Part shown: positions 12,305 through 24,537 of the stretch, in pieces
Numbering within the stretch: the stretch's first letter is position 1
How the letters are laid out: every line of letters starts with the position of its first letter
Assembly (NCBI RefSeq): GCF_003334405.1
Contig: NZ_QOWM01000002.1
From: Escherichia coli
GTDB lineage: Bacteria > Pseudomonadota > Gammaproteobacteria > Enterobacterales > Enterobacteriaceae
DNA: 64,000 nucleotides
Strand: one strand, 5' to 3'
Made by a program: the position numbers and the translations under genes
Notes under the pieces: model-generated
What the model was told of the DNA's origin: nothing
Seen by the model: only the letters and a program-made list of their open reading frames with translations
The model's database searches: none

Positions 12305-13261
12305 ATGCTACAAAATTGCGCACAATCAAATTGCCGCATTATTCCTAAGAAATTACGCGATATGAAACGTGAAGAGATTTGCCGCTTGCTGGCGGATAAA
12401 GTTAATAAACTGAAAAATAAAGAAAATAGTTTGTCAGAACTGTTGCCCGATGTGCGTTTGTTGTATGGCGAGACGCCTTTCGCACGTACACCGGTGATGT
12501 ACGAGCCTGGCATCATAATTCTCTTTTCCGGGCATAAAATCGGTTATATCAATGAACGCGTGTTTCGTTATGATGCCAATGAATACCTGCTGCTGACGGT
12601 GCCGTTGCCGTTTGAGTGCGAAACCTATGCCACGTCAGAGGTGCCGCTGGCAGGGTTGCGTCTCAATGTCGATATTTTGCAGTTACAGGAACTGTTGATG
12701 GACATTGGCGAAGATGAGCATTTCCAGCCGTCGATGGCAGCCAGCGGGATTAACTCCGCCACGTTATCAGAAGAGATTTTATGCGCGGCGGAGCGGTTAC
12801 TCGACGTGATGGAGCGACCACTGGATGCGCGTATTCTCGGCAAACAGATCATCCGCGAAATTCTGTACTACGTGCTGACCGGACCTTGCGGCGGCGCGTT
12901 ACTGGCGCTGGTCAGTCGCCAGACTCACTTCAGTCTGATTAGCCGCGTGCTGAAACGGATTGAGAATAAATACACCGAAAACCTGAGCGTCGAGCAACTG
13001 GCGGCAGAAGCCAACATGAGCGTATCGGCGTTCCACCATAATTTTAAGTCTGTCACCAGTACCTCGCCGTTGCAGTATTTGAAGAATTACCGTCTGCATA
13101 AGGCGCGGATGATGATCATCCATGACGGCATGAAGGCCAGCGCAGCAGCGATGCGCGTCGGCTATGAAAGCGCATCGCAATTTAGCCGTGAGTTTAAACG
13201 TTACTTCGGTGTGACGCCGGGGGAAGATGCGGCAAGAATGCGGGCGATGCAGGGGAATTAA
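12305..13261 (+). CDS. yqhC: AraC-family transcriptional activator YqhC
   Basis: C-terminal AraC-type HTH. Divergent from yqhD. Start placed at the internal Met (MLQNCAQ), giving 318 aa; the upstream ORF extension overlaps the yqhD start. Confidence 0.88.
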   Translation: MLQNCAQSNCRIIPKKLRDMKREEICRLLADKVNKLKNKENSLSELLPDVRLLYGETPFARTPVMYEPGIIILFSGHKIGYINERVFRYDANEYLLLTVPLPFECETYATSEVPLAGLRLNVDILQLQELLMDIGEDEHFQPSMAASGINSATLSEEILCAAERLLDVMERPLDARILGKQIIREILYYVLTGPCGGALLALVSRQTHFSLISRVLKRIENKYTENLSVEQLAAEANMSVSAFHHNFKSVTSTSPLQYLKNYRLHKARMMIIHDGMKASAAAMRVGYESASQFSREFKRYFGVTPGEDAARMRAMQGN

Positions 13262-13300
13262 ATACGTTCCCGGTACAGCAACCGGGAACGGGGAAAATCG

Positions 13301-13960
13301 TCAGGCGTTACAGTATTTTTTTTTAATCACCACAAACAGCGTGCCTAACAAGCCAGCGGTTAACAAGGCAATTGGCAGGATCATCAGGAACGTCATTACC
13401 TGATCTTCATGGCGTTTAACGAACGGAATCATACTTAAGGCATAGCCAAAACTGGTTACCACGCTGACCCACAGCAATCCACTTAACCAGTTGAAAAACT
13501 GGAAGCGGCGGTTTGGCAGACCGGAAATTCCCGCCATGGTTGGCAGCAGCGTACGGACAAATGCAAGAAAACGTCCAGCCAGCAGCGCCAGCAGACCGTG
13601 GCGGTCAAACATGCAGGTGGCGCGCTGGTGATATTTAGCAGGAAGCTGTGCCAGCCAGCCTTTCACCGTTTTGGTATTCCCTAACCAGCGCCCCTGAATA
13701 TAACTTAGCCAGCAGCCCAGACTTGCTGCGGCGGTCAGAATCGCAATCGTAGGCAGAAAATCCATAACCCCCTGGGCAATCAATGCGCCTGCCAGTATCA
13801 ACAAGCTGTCGCCTGGCAAAAATGAGGCGGGCAGCAGGCCGTTTTCTAAAAACAGCGTGGCAAACATGACAAAGTAAACAACGCTAACAATATGAGGATC
13901 CGCCAGCGCGGCAAAGTCGTGTTGCCAGAGCGCAGCGATGATATCTTGAATAACAGCCAT
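13301..13960 (-). CDS. yghB: DedA-family inner membrane protein YghB
   Basis: 219-aa multi-pass membrane ORF of the DedA/Tvp38 type. K-12 synteny. Confidence 0.9.
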
Positions 13961-14099
13961 GGACTTTCCTGTGGAACAGCGTTTAAGCCTTTATCTGCCT
14001 ATTGTACTCCTGAATCGTCCGGGACGCCTTGATCCCGGACGCAACAATTTAAGACTTTTCACAATAAAATGTCTGCAAAATTGTCCAAAAGTGGCAATG

Positions 14100-15287
14100 T
14101 TATACAATTCGCGCAAAACCGGCGTCCAGATCGGCAATCAGATCGTCGACATCTTCCAGACCAATATGCAGGCGAATCAAGGTCCCGCTAAAATCGATCT
14201 CGCCTTGTGGGCGAATGGCGGCGATATGTTCTGGTTGATTTGCCAGGATCAACGATTCATACCCGCCCCACGAGTAGGCCATGCTGAATAAACTGAAGTT
14301 ATCCAGATAGTTCGCCAGCTCTTCATTATTGAGTTTTTTCTTAAGCACAAAGGAAAATAGCCCGCTGCTGCCTGTAAAGTCTCGTTTCCAGAATTCGTGA
14401 CCTTTACTGCCAGGCAGAGCAGGGTGGTTAACTCGCGCAACTTGCGGATGTTCTGCCAGCCATTCAGCCACTTTCAGACTGCTTTCATGATGTTGACGCA
14501 AACGCACACCTAATGTGCGCAGGCCACGGCTGGTTATATAGGCGGTATCGGCATCGACCATCTGGCCCATCAGATAGGCATTTTCCCGTAGCTGCTCCCA
14601 GCAACGGGCATTGCACACGGCAGTGCCAATCATCGCATCTGAATGCCCAACCAGATATTTGGTGGCGGCTTGAATAGAAACATCGATGCCAAAATCCAGC
14701 GCCTTAAACAGCACACCGGCTGCCCAGGTGTTGTCGATCATAATGATGGCATCCGGCACCACACTGCGTACGGCGGCAACAATCGCCGGAACGTCGTGGA
14801 CTTCCATGGTGATGGAGCCTGGCGATTCCAGAAACACGATTTTAGTGTTTGGCTGCAGATGCTTAACGATATCGGCACCAATCAGCGGATCAAACCATGA
14901 TGTCGTTACGCCCAGTTTGCTGAGGATTTTGCTACAGAAATCCTGACTCGGTTCATAGGCGGTGTTGGTCATCAACACATGATCGCCCTGTTCGATAAAA
15001 GCAAGAATGGAATTAGCAACCGCTGCCGCCCCGCAGGGAAATAGCACGCAGCCTGCGCCACCTTCCAGTTCACACATCGCTTGTTGTAAGGAGAAATGGG
15101 TTAACGTTCCGCGCCGTCCATAGAACAACTCTCCATTGGCGCGATTACGTGTCGCGTGTTTTTTGGCTTCTACACTGTCAAAGACCAGCGAAGAAGCGCG
15201 CTGAATCACGCTATTTACCGCGCCGAGAGTGTATTTTTTGCTGCGTCCTGCATTCACCAGTTGAGTATCAAGCTTTTTGTCCGCCAT
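14100..15287 (-). CDS. metC: Cystathionine beta-lyase
   Basis: PLP-dependent Cys/Met-metabolism enzyme with the Lys-containing motif ([11 protein letters not shown]). Start at [11 protein letters not shown] gives 395 aa. Confidence 0.95.
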   Translation of the reverse strand: MADKKLDTQLVNAGRSKKYTLGAVNSVIQRASSLVFDSVEAKKHATRNRANGELFYGRRGTLTHFSLQQAMCELEGGAGCVLFPCGAAAVANSILAFIEQGDHVLMTNTAYEPSQDFCSKILSKLGVTTSWFDPLIGADIVKHLQPNTKIVFLESPGSITMEVHDVPAIVAAVRSVVPDAIIMIDNTWAAGVLFKALDFGIDVSIQAATKYLVGHSDAMIGTAVCNARCWEQLRENAYLMGQMVDADTAYITSRGLRTLGVRLRQHHESSLKVAEWLAEHPQVARVNHPALPGSKGHEFWKRDFTGSSGLFSFVLKKKLNNEELANYLDNFSLFSMAYSWGGYESLILANQPEHIAAIRPQGEIDFSGTLIRLHIGLEDVDDLIADLDAGFARIV

Positions 15288-15305
15288 GTCGGGATTCCTG
15301 TTTTT

Positions 15306-15329
15306 ATACGTCTGGATGTCTAAACTAGC
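15306..15329 (-). promoter_or_regulatory. Putative tandem MetJ boxes upstream of metC
   Basis: atacgtct / ggatgtct octamers resemble the AGACGTCT met-box consensus, sitting just 5' of the metC start. Confidence 0.35.
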
Positions 15330-15451
15330 ATGAATATTCGCGGGCGCATCCTGAAGAATTGGCATAAAGCAGAAAATTTTCGCAAATGGCGTGCTGGTGA
15401 CTTTTTTACTGCGTAAACGCAAGGAAAAGAAAGCAAAGGTACGGCAGTATG

Positions 15452-15476
15452 CAAATAGTAATGAGAACGACTATCA
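15452..15476 (+). promoter_or_regulatory. Putative Fur box in the exbB promoter region
   Basis: aatagtaatgagaacgactatc matches the Fur consensus GATAATGATAATCATTATC at about 13 of 17 positions, about 65 bp upstream of the exbB start. Confidence 0.35.
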
Positions 15477-15538
15477 ATTCGACGTCGTTTTGATATTATT
15501 ATGCGCAGATTTTGTGACTTGCGTCCTGGAGATACACA

Positions 15539-16273
15539 GTGGGTAATAATTTAATGCAGACGGACCTTTCCGTCTGGGGTATGTATCAGCACGCCGATAT
15601 TGTCGTTAAGTGCGTGATGATTGGGCTTATTTTGGCCTCCGTAGTCACCTGGGCAATCTTCTTCAGTAAGAGCGTAGAGTTCTTCAATCAGAAGCGTCGC
15701 CTTAAGCGCGAGCAGCAACTGCTGGCTGAAGCGCGTTCCTTAAACCAGGCCAACGATATCGCCGCTGATTTTGGTAGCAAAAGCTTAAGCCTGCATTTGC
15801 TCAATGAAGCGCAGAATGAGCTGGAACTGTCAGAAGGCAGCGACGATAACGAAGGTATTAAAGAACGTACCAGCTTCCGTCTGGAGCGTCGGGTCGCCGC
15901 AGTGGGTCGTCAAATGGGCCGCGGTAACGGCTATCTGGCAACCATCGGCGCGATTTCTCCGTTCGTTGGTCTGTTTGGTACGGTCTGGGGCATCATGAAC
16001 AGCTTTATTGGTATCGCGCAAACGCAGACCACTAACCTGGCAGTCGTTGCGCCGGGTATCGCAGAAGCTCTGTTAGCAACGGCAATCGGCCTCGTGGCAG
16101 CGATTCCTGCGGTCGTTATCTATAACGTATTTGCACGCCAGATTGGCGGCTTTAAAGCGATGCTGGGTGATGTTGCAGCGCAGGTATTGTTGCTGCAAAG
16201 CCGTGACCTGGATCTGGAAGCCAGCGCCGCTGCGCATCCGGTTCGTGTCGCACAAAAATTACGCGCAGGATAA
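15539..16273 (+). CDS. exbB: TonB-system energiser ExbB
   Basis: 244-aa MotA/TolQ/ExbB-type membrane protein, followed by exbD. Confidence 0.95.
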   Translation: MGNNLMQTDLSVWGMYQHADIVVKCVMIGLILASVVTWAIFFSKSVEFFNQKRRLKREQQLLAEARSLNQANDIAADFGSKSLSLHLLNEAQNELELSEGSDDNEGIKERTSFRLERRVAAVGRQMGRGNGYLATIGAISPFVGLFGTVWGIMNSFIGIAQTQTTNLAVVAPGIAEALLATAIGLVAAIPAVVIYNVFARQIGGFKAMLGDVAAQVLLLQSRDLDLEASAAAHPVRVAQKLRAG

Positions 16274-16279
16274 TATCCG

Positions 16280-16705
16280 ATGGCAATGCATCTTAACGAA
16301 AACCTCGACGATAACGGCGAAATGCATGATATCAACGTGACGCCGTTTATCGACGTGATGTTGGTTCTGCTGATTATCTTTATGGTGGCGGCACCGTTAG
16401 CGACGGTAGATGTGAAGGTGAACTTGCCTGCTTCTACCAGCACGCCGCAGCCGCGCCCGGAAAAACCGGTTTATCTGTCGGTGAAGGCAGACAACTCGAT
16501 GTTTATCGGTAACGATCCGGTCACCGATGAAACAATGATTACGGCGTTGAATGCGTTAACCGAAGGCAAGAAAGACACCACCATCTTCTTCCGAGCGGAC
16601 AAAACCGTCGATTACGAGACGTTGATGAAGGTAATGGATACGCTGCATCAGGCGGGTTACCTGAAGATAGGTCTGGTCGGCGAAGAAACCGCCAAAGCGA
16701 AGTAA
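16280..16705 (+). CDS. exbD: TonB-system protein ExbD
   Basis: 141-aa ExbD/TolR-type ORF with a single TM helix, 6 bp after exbB. Confidence 0.95.
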   Translation: MAMHLNENLDDNGEMHDINVTPFIDVMLVLLIIFMVAAPLATVDVKVNLPASTSTPQPRPEKPVYLSVKADNSMFIGNDPVTDETMITALNALTEGKKDTTIFFRADKTVDYETLMKVMDTLHQAGYLKIGLVGEETAKAK

Positions 16706-16713
16706 AGTAGAAT

Positions 16714-16925
16714 TGCCTGATGCGCTACGCTCATCAGGCCTACAAAATCTATTGCAACATGTTGAATCTTCGTGCGTTTGTAGGCCGGATAAGGCGTTCA
16801 CGACGCATCCGGCATTAGGTGCTCAATGCCTGATGCGCTACGCTTATCAGGCCTACAAAATCTATTGCAACATGTTGAATCTTCATGCGTTTGTAGGCGG
16901 ATAAGGCGTTTTCGCCACATCAGGT
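16714..16925. repeat. REP/BIME cluster: two near-identical ~75-bp units
   Basis: gcctgatgcgctacgctYatcaggcctacaaaatctattgcaacatgttgaatcttcRtgcgtttgtaggc occurs twice, with the gccggatAAGGCG / cggatgcgtcg palindromic motifs typical of E. coli REP elements. Confidence 0.85.
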
Positions 16926-16945
16926 AAGAGTGAATTCACAATGAT

Positions 16946-16978
16946 GCCCGGTTGCTTTTCACAACCGGGCATTTTTTT
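16946..16978 (+). terminator. Rho-independent terminator after the exbBD/REP region
   Basis: Stem gcccggttgcttttcacaaccgggc followed by a T7 run; it overlaps the yghA stop codon. Confidence 0.7.
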
Positions 16979-17861
16979 AACCTAAATGCTCGCCGCCGCA
17001 CACGCCGTGCACTTCTGCGGTGACGTAGCTCGACTCCTGACTTGCCAGATAAACATATACAGGGGCCAGTTCCGCCGGTTGCCCCGCACGTTTCATCGGC
17101 GTTTGCTGACCAAACTGCGGGATCTTATCCTGCGTTTGTCCGCCGGAAATTTGCAGTGCTGTCCAGATCGGGCCTGGCGCGACAATATTCACCCGAATAC
17201 CTTTCTCCGCGACCTGTTTTGCCAAGCCACGGCTGTAGTTCAGAATCGCCGCCTTCGTAGCCGCATAGTCCAGTAAATGCGGACTTGGCTGGTATGCCTG
17301 GATTGACGAAGTGGTGATGATACTTGCACCTTTCGGTAGCAGGGGGATCGCTTCCTGGGTTAGCCAGAACAGCGCGAAAACGTTAATGGCAAAGGTCTTT
17401 TGAAACTGTTCGCTGGTGAGGTCTGCAATATCCGGAATGGCAACCTGTTTCCCGGCGACCAGCGCCATAATATCCAGCCCGCCTAACGCCTTGTGCGCTT
17501 CGTGAACCAGCGAACGGGCAAATTTCTCATCGCTTAAATCGCCTGGCAGCAGAACGGCTTTGCGTCCGCATTCTTCAATGATCTTTTTCACATCCTGAGC
17601 GTCTTCTTCTTCCACGGGAAGATAACTGATCGCCACGTCAGCCCCTTCACGCGCGTAAGCGATGGCGGCAGCGCGACCTATTCCGGAATCGCCCCCTGTC
17701 ACCAGTGCTTTACGATCTTTCAGGCGACCGCTACCAACATAGGTTTTCTCGCCGCAATCCGGTACCGGTGTCATCTTCGCCTGGATGCCTGGCGTCGGTT
17801 GTTTCTGTTTGGGATATTCACCAGTGTAATACTGCGTGGTCGGGTCTTTTAAATGAGACAT
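16977..17861 (-). CDS. yghA: Short-chain dehydrogenase/reductase YghA
   Basis: 294-aa ORF with an SDR Rossmann motif ([12 protein letters not shown]). K-12 synteny. Confidence 0.9.
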
Positions 17862-17982
17862 CGTTTTTCTCCCTTCAGGTTCAACGTCCTTTAAGGGTAG
17901 ACGTTCTCGATGCGTTGATAAGGGAACCAGGAAGATCCCTAAACCTCAGAATTATGCGACAAAGGTTTAACGTATATGTTGA

Positions 17983-18546
<564 letters not shown>

Positions 18547-18585
18547 TCTGATTCGGGCGCGGTTCGCGCGCCCGTTATTAACAGG

Positions 18586-19626
18586 TCATTTATCGGAAGA
18601 CGCCTGCCACAGATTCAGCTCGCCATCGGCGATATGCTGATCAATCTGCGCCAGCTCCTTGGTGCTAAATGTCAGATTATTCAGCGCCTGCACGTTCTCC
18701 TCTAGTTGCTCCGCGCGGCTGGCACCAATCAATACCGACGTCACGCGATCATCTTTCAGCAACCAGCTTAACGCCATTTGCGCCATTGATTGTCCACGCT
18801 GCTGTGCCATTTCATTCAATAAGCGCAGGCTGTTGAGGTTGGCTTCGGTAAGCATTTTCGGTGTCAGACCACGAACTTTATTCCCTTCACGATGCATCCG
18901 TGAATCTTGCGGAATGCCGTTGAGATATTTTCCGGTCAGCAATCCCTGAGCCAGAGGAGTAAAGGCAATACAGCCCACGCCGTTATTTTGCAGGGTATCC
19001 AGCAGGCCGCTTTTATCCACCCAGCGGTTCAGTAAATTGTACGAAGGTTGATGAATTAACAGCGGAATTTTCCACTCGCGCAGCAACTCGACCATTTTTT
19101 GCGTCCGCTCTGGCGAGTAAGAGGAGATCCCGACATACAGCGCCTTACCGCTTTGTACCGCATGAGCCAGCGCAGAGGCGGTTTCTTCCATCGGCGTATT
19201 TTCATCGACGCGATGAGAGTAAAAGATATCGACATACTCAAGCCCCATACGCTTCAGGCTTTGGTCGAGGCTGGCGAGCAGGTATTTACGTGAACCGCCA
19301 GAGCCGTAAGGGCCGGGCCACATATCGTAGCCAGCCTTGGTAGAGATAATCAGTTCATCGCGATAAGCGGCAAAATCCTCCCGCAGCAGGCGACCAAAGT
19401 TCTCTTCTGCGCTTCCTGGAGGCGGCCCGTAATTGTTGGCTAAATCAAAGTGCGTAATGCCCAAATCAAACGCTTTACGCAGGATCGCACGCTGTGATTC
19501 CAGCGCGTTAACGTGACCGAAATTGTGCCATAAACCGAGCGATAACGCGGGCAGGCGTAAACCACTTTTTCCGCAATAGCGGTATTGCATCTGCCCGTAA
19601 CGTTCGGGATTCGCTAACCAGACCAT
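18586..19626 (-). CDS. gpr: L-glyceraldehyde-3-phosphate reductase (aldo-keto reductase YghZ)
   Basis: 346-aa aldo-keto reductase family ORF. K-12 synteny. Confidence 0.9.
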   Translation of the reverse strand: MVWLANPERYGQMQYRYCGKSGLRLPALSLGLWHNFGHVNALESQRAILRKAFDLGITHFDLANNYGPPPGSAEENFGRLLREDFAAYRDELIISTKAGYDMWPGPYGSGGSRKYLLASLDQSLKRMGLEYVDIFYSHRVDENTPMEETASALAHAVQSGKALYVGISSYSPERTQKMVELLREWKIPLLIHQPSYNLLNRWVDKSGLLDTLQNNGVGCIAFTPLAQGLLTGKYLNGIPQDSRMHREGNKVRGLTPKMLTEANLNSLRLLNEMAQQRGQSMAQMALSWLLKDDRVTSVLIGASRAEQLEENVQALNNLTFSTKELAQIDQHIADGELNLWQASSDK

Positions 19627-19782
19627 GACCTCTCCTTTCCACCGTTCAATTTCGAAACAATGTTTCTAGTTTAGCGATTCGCCAGCGCGTATCCCGTAGT
19701 CTGGCTCACAGAGTGACGAAAAACTGGGCAAAAACACGTGCTTATGCTTTGCTTAAAAAAACACCAACTGAGGAGTGCAACG

Positions 19783-20667
19783 ATGCCGCGTTTAACCGCC
19801 AAAGATTTCCCACAAGAGTTGCTGGATTACTATGACTATTACGCTCACGGGAAAATCTCGAAACGTGAGTTCCTCAACCTTGCGGCGAAGTGCGGTAGGC
19901 GGGATGACGGCATTAGCGTTGTTTGATTTGCTCAAGCCAAATTATGCGCTGGCGACTCAGGTAGAGTTTACCGACCCGGAAATTGTTGCTGAGTACATCA
20001 CGTATCCTTCGCCAAATGGTCACGGCGAGGTGCGGGGTTATCTGGTGAAGCCCGCAAAGATGAGCGGCAAAACGCCAGCCGTAGTGGTGGTGCATGAGAA
20101 TCGTGGACTGAATCCGTATATCGAAGATGTGGCACGGCGAGTGGCGAAGGCGGGGTATATCGCCCTGGCACCTGACGGCTTAAGTTCCGTTGGAGGTTAT
20201 CCGGGAAATGATGATAAAGGTCGTGAGCTGCAACAGCAGGTTGATCCAACAAACTGATGAATGATTTCTTTGCCGCAATTGAGTTTATGCAACGCTATCC
20301 GCAAGCGACAGGCAAAGTGGGTATTACCGGATTTTGCTATGGCGGTGGCGTATCGAACGCGGCGGCTGTCGCGTATCCGGAACTGGCCTGCGCGGTGCCG
20401 TTTTATGGTCGTCAGGCACCCACTGCCGATGTGGCGAAGATTGAAGCGCCTTTACTACTCCACTTCGCGGAACTGGACACCCGAATCAACGAGGGCTGGC
20501 CTGCTTACGAGGCGGCGTTGAAAGCCAATAATAAGGTTTATGAGGCGTATATCTATCCGGGGGTTAATCACGGATTCCATAATGATTCCACGCCCCGTTA
20601 TGACAAATCTGCCGCCGATCTTGCCTGGCAAAGGACACTGAAATGGTTCGATAAATATCTCTCCTGA
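19783..20667 (+). pseudogene. yghX: Dienelactone-hydrolase-family gene yghX, disrupted by frameshifts
   Basis: Three consecutive ORF pieces in different frames (19738-19926, 19832-20257, 20257-20667) together read as one alpha/beta-hydrolase protein, with a frame change near 19860-19925 and another at about 20255. Confidence 0.8.
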
Positions 20668-20785
20668 TAGGTTTATCTCTTACGGGATTACGTCTTAAAC
20701 AAGCATGAAAAAATAGCGTGCGCAAAAGTCGTTCTTTGCCTAAAATATCGCTATATATGACAATATATAGCGAATGAGGTGAACG

Positions 20786-21073
20786 ATGAATAACCATTTT
20801 GGTAAAGGCTTAATGGCGGGATTAAAAGCAACGCATGCCGACAGTGCGGTTAATGTGACAAAATTCTGTGCCGATTATAAACGCGGTTTTGTATTAGGCT
20901 ACTCACACCGGATGTACGAAAAGACCGGAGATCGCCAGCTTAGCGCCTGGGAAGCGGGTATTCTGACGCGCCGCTATGGACTGGATAAAGAGATGGTAAT
21001 GGATTTCTTTCGTGAGAATAATTCCTGTTCTACGTTGCGCTTTTTTATGGCCGGTTATCGCCTCGAAAATTGA
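20786..21073 (+). CDS. yghW: Small protein YghW (DUF2623)
   Basis: 95-aa ORF immediately upstream of the hyb operon, as in K-12. Confidence 0.8.
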
Positions 21074-21261
21074 TCAAACATACGTATTATCTTGCTTTAA
21101 TTAATTACACTAATGCTTCTTCCCTTCGTTTTAGCGCCCCGCCGCAGTATCATGATATCGATAACCATAATAAATGTGTGGTAAATGGCGCATCGATCGC
21201 ATTATTGATTTTGCGATTGAGGCAAAATATATGCCAGGTCTTCGCAACGGAATAACTATAA

Positions 21262-22380
21262 ATGACTGGAGATAACACCCTCATCCATTCTCACGGCATT
21301 AACCGTCGTGATTTCATGAAGCTTTGTGCAGCATTAGCCGCCACCATGGGGTTAAGTAGCAAAGCCGCTGCAGAGATGGCCGAATCGGTTACTAACCCGC
21401 AGCGTCCGCCAGTTATCTGGATTGGCGCGCAGGAGTGCACCGGTTGTACGGAATCTCTGCTTCGTGCAACGCATCCAACGGTAGAAAACCTCGTACTGGA
21501 GACTATCTCTCTGGAGTATCACGAAGTGCTTTCCGCCGCCTTCGGTCATCAGGTCGAAGAGAACAAACATAACGCTCTCGAGAAGTACAAAGGGCAGTAT
21601 GTGTTAGTGGTGGATGGTTCCATCCCATTAAAAGATAACGGTATTTATTGCATGGTTGCCGGTGAGCCGATTGTGGATCACATCCGCAAAGCGGCGGAAG
21701 GCGCAGCAGCCATTATCGCTATCGGTTCCTGCTCTGCGTGGGGCGGTGTTGCCGCAGCTGGAGTTAACCCAACTGGCGCAGTCAGCCTGCAAGAAGTTCT
21801 GCCAGGCAAAACCGTTATCAATATTCCGGGCTGCCCGCCGAACCCGCACAACTTCCTCGCGACCGTTGCGCACATCATCACTTACGGCAAACCGCCGAAA
21901 CTGGATGACAAAAACCGTCCGACCTTCGCCTATGGCCGTCTGATTCACGAACACTGCGAACGTCGCCCGCACTTCGATGCTGGTCGTTTTGCCAAAGAGT
22001 TCGGTGATGAAGGCCACCGCGAAGGCTGGTGCCTGTACCACCTCGGCTGTAAAGGGCCAGAAACTTACGGCAACTGCTCAACGCTGCAATTCTGCGATGT
22101 TGGCGGTGTGTGGCCGGTGGCGATTGGTCACCCGTGCTATGGCTGTAACGAAGAAGGTATCGGCTTCCATAAAGGCATCCATCAGCTTGCCAACGTCGAA
22201 AATCAAACTCCGCGTTCACAGAAACCGGATGTTAACGCTAAAGAGGGCGGCAACGTCTCTGCAGGCGCTATTGGTTTGCTCGGCGGTGTGGTTGGGTTGG
22301 TTGCCGGTGTCAGCGTGATGGCGGTGCGTGAACTGGGTCGTCAGCAAAAGAAAGATAACGCTGACTCACGGGGAGAATAA
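21262..22380 (+). CDS. hybO: Hydrogenase 2 small subunit
   Basis: Tat signal ([23 protein letters not shown]) and Cys clusters typical of a [NiFe]-hydrogenase small subunit; 372 aa. Confidence 0.96.
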   Translation: MTGDNTLIHSHGINRRDFMKLCAALAATMGLSSKAAAEMAESVTNPQRPPVIWIGAQECTGCTESLLRATHPTVENLVLETISLEYHEVLSAAFGHQVEENKHNALEKYKGQYVLVVDGSIPLKDNGIYCMVAGEPIVDHIRKAAEGAAAIIAIGSCSAWGGVAAAGVNPTGAVSLQEVLPGKTVINIPGCPPNPHNFLATVAHIITYGKPPKLDDKNRPTFAYGRLIHEHCERRPHFDAGRFAKEFGDEGHREGWCLYHLGCKGPETYGNCSTLQFCDVGGVWPVAIGHPCYGCNEEGIGFHKGIHQLANVENQTPRSQKPDVNAKEGGNVSAGAIGLLGGVVGLVAGVSVMAVRELGRQQKKDNADSRGE

Positions 22381-22382
22381 CC

Positions 22383-23369
22383 GTGAACAGACGTAATTTT
22401 ATTAAAGCAGCCTCCTGCGGGGCATTGCTGACGGGCGCGCTGCCGTCTGTCAGTCATGCGGCTGCTGAAAACCGCCCGCCAATTCCGGGATCGCTGGGGA
22501 TGTTGTACGACTCGACCTTGTGCGTAGGCTGCCAGGCTTGCGTCACCAAGTGTCAGGATATCAATTTCCCTGAACGTAACCCGCAAGGGGAACAGACCTG
22601 GTCGAACAACGACAAACTGTCGCCGTATACCAATAACATCATTCAGGTGTGGACCAGCGGCACAGGGGTCAACAAAGACCAGGAGGAGAACGGCTACGCG
22701 TACATTAAGAAACAGTGTATGCACTGCGTCGATCCGAACTGTGTCTCTGTGTGCCCGGTCTCTGCACTGAAAAAAGATCCGAAAACCGGCATTGTCCATT
22801 ACGACAAAGATGTGTGCACCGGCTGCCGTTACTGCATGGTCGCCTGTCCGTACAACGTGCCGAAGTACGACTACAACAACCCGTTTGGTGCGCTGCATAA
22901 GTGCGAGCTGTGCAACCAGAAAGGTGTGGAACGTCTCGATAAAGGCGGTCTACCTGGCTGCGTAGAAGTGTGCCCGGCGGGCGCGGTGATTTTCGGTACG
23001 CGTGAAGAGCTGATGGCGGAGGCGAAAAAACGTCTGGCGCTGAAGCCTGGCAGCGAATACCACTATCCGCGTCAGACGCTGAAATCTGGCGACACTTACC
23101 TGCATACGGTGCCGAAATATTATCCGCATCTGTACGGCGAGAAAGAGGGCGGCGGTACTCAGGTTCTGGTACTGACGGGTGTGCCTTATGAAAATCTCGA
23201 CCTGCCGAAACTGGACGATCTTTCTACCGGTGCGCGTTCCGAAAATATTCAACACACCCTGTATAAAGGCATGATGCTACCACTGGCTGTGCTGGCGGGC
23301 TTAACCGTGCTGGTTCGTCGCAACACCAAAAACGACCATCACGACGGAGGAGACGATCATGAGTCATGA
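22383..23369 (+). CDS. hybA: Hydrogenase 2 ferredoxin-type 4Fe-4S subunit
   Basis: Tat signal and multiple CxxCxxCxxxCP motifs; 328 aa. Confidence 0.95.
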
Positions 23370-24537
23370 TCCACAACCGCTGGGCGGCAAAATCATCAGT
23401 AAACCGGTCATGATTTTTGGACCGTTAATCGTCATCTGTATGCTCCTGATTGTGAAGCGTCTGGTGTTCGGTCTGGGCTCTGTCTCTGACCTGAACGGCG
23501 GCTTCCCGTGGGGCGTGTGGATCGCGTTTGACCTGCTGATTGGCACCGGCTTTGCCTGTGGCGGCTGGGCGCTGGCGTGGGCGGTATACGTCTTTAACCG
23601 TGGGCAATACCATCCGCTGGTGCGTCCGGCGCTGTTGGCGAGTCTGTTTGGTTACTCACTGGGTGGCTTGTCGATCACTATCGACGTGGGTCGCTACTGG
23701 AACCTGCCGTACTTCTACATTCCGGGTCACTTCAACGTGAACTCGGTACTGTTCGAGACGGCGGTCTGTATGACCATCTATATCGGCGTGATGGCACTGG
23801 AGTTTGCTCCGGCACTGTTTGAACGTCTGGGGTGGAAGGTGTCGCTACAGCGACTAAACAAGGTGATGTTCTTCATCATCGCGCTCGGTGCGCTGCTGCC
23901 GACCATGCACCAGTCTTCAATGGGGTCGCTGATGATCTCGGCGGGCTACAAGGTGCATCCGTTGTGGCAGAGCTATGAAATGTTGCCACTGTTCTCGCTG
24001 CTGACGGCGTTCATCATGGGCTTCTCGATTGTCATCTTTGAAGGTTCGCTGGTGCAGGCGGGTCTGCGTGGCAACGGTCCGGATGAAAAGAGTCTGTTTG
24101 TTAAGCTGACCAACACCATCAGTGTGTTGCTGGCGATTTTCATCGTGCTGCGCTTTGGCGAGCTTATCTATCGCGACAAGCTGTCGTTAGCGTTTGCCGG
24201 TGACTTCTACTCCGTGATGTTCTGGATTGAAGTCCTGCTGATGCTCTTCCCGCTGGTCGTTCTGCGTGTGGCGAAGCTGCGTAATGATTCCCGCATGCTG
24301 TTCCTGTCAGCACTGAGCGCACTGTTAGGTTGTGCAACCTGGCGTCTGACCTATTCGCTGGTGGCATTCAACCCGGGCGGCGGTTACGCCTACTTCCCGA
24401 CCTGGGAAGAACTGTTGATTTCTATTGGTTTTGTGGCTATTGAGATTTGCGCTTACATCGTACTCATTCGTCTACTGCCGATACTTCCTCCTTTAAAACA
24501 AAACGATCATAATCGTCATGAGGCGAGCAAAGCATGA
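23359..24537 (+). CDS. hybB: Hydrogenase 2 membrane anchor (NrfD/PsrC family)
   Basis: 392-aa polytopic membrane protein, overlapping the hybA stop. Confidence 0.95.

Noticed and set aside
16714-16925. Possible CRISPR array (regularly spaced repeats)
   Set aside because: Only two ~75-bp units with REP palindromes and no short direct repeats with unique spacers. No cas genes nearby.
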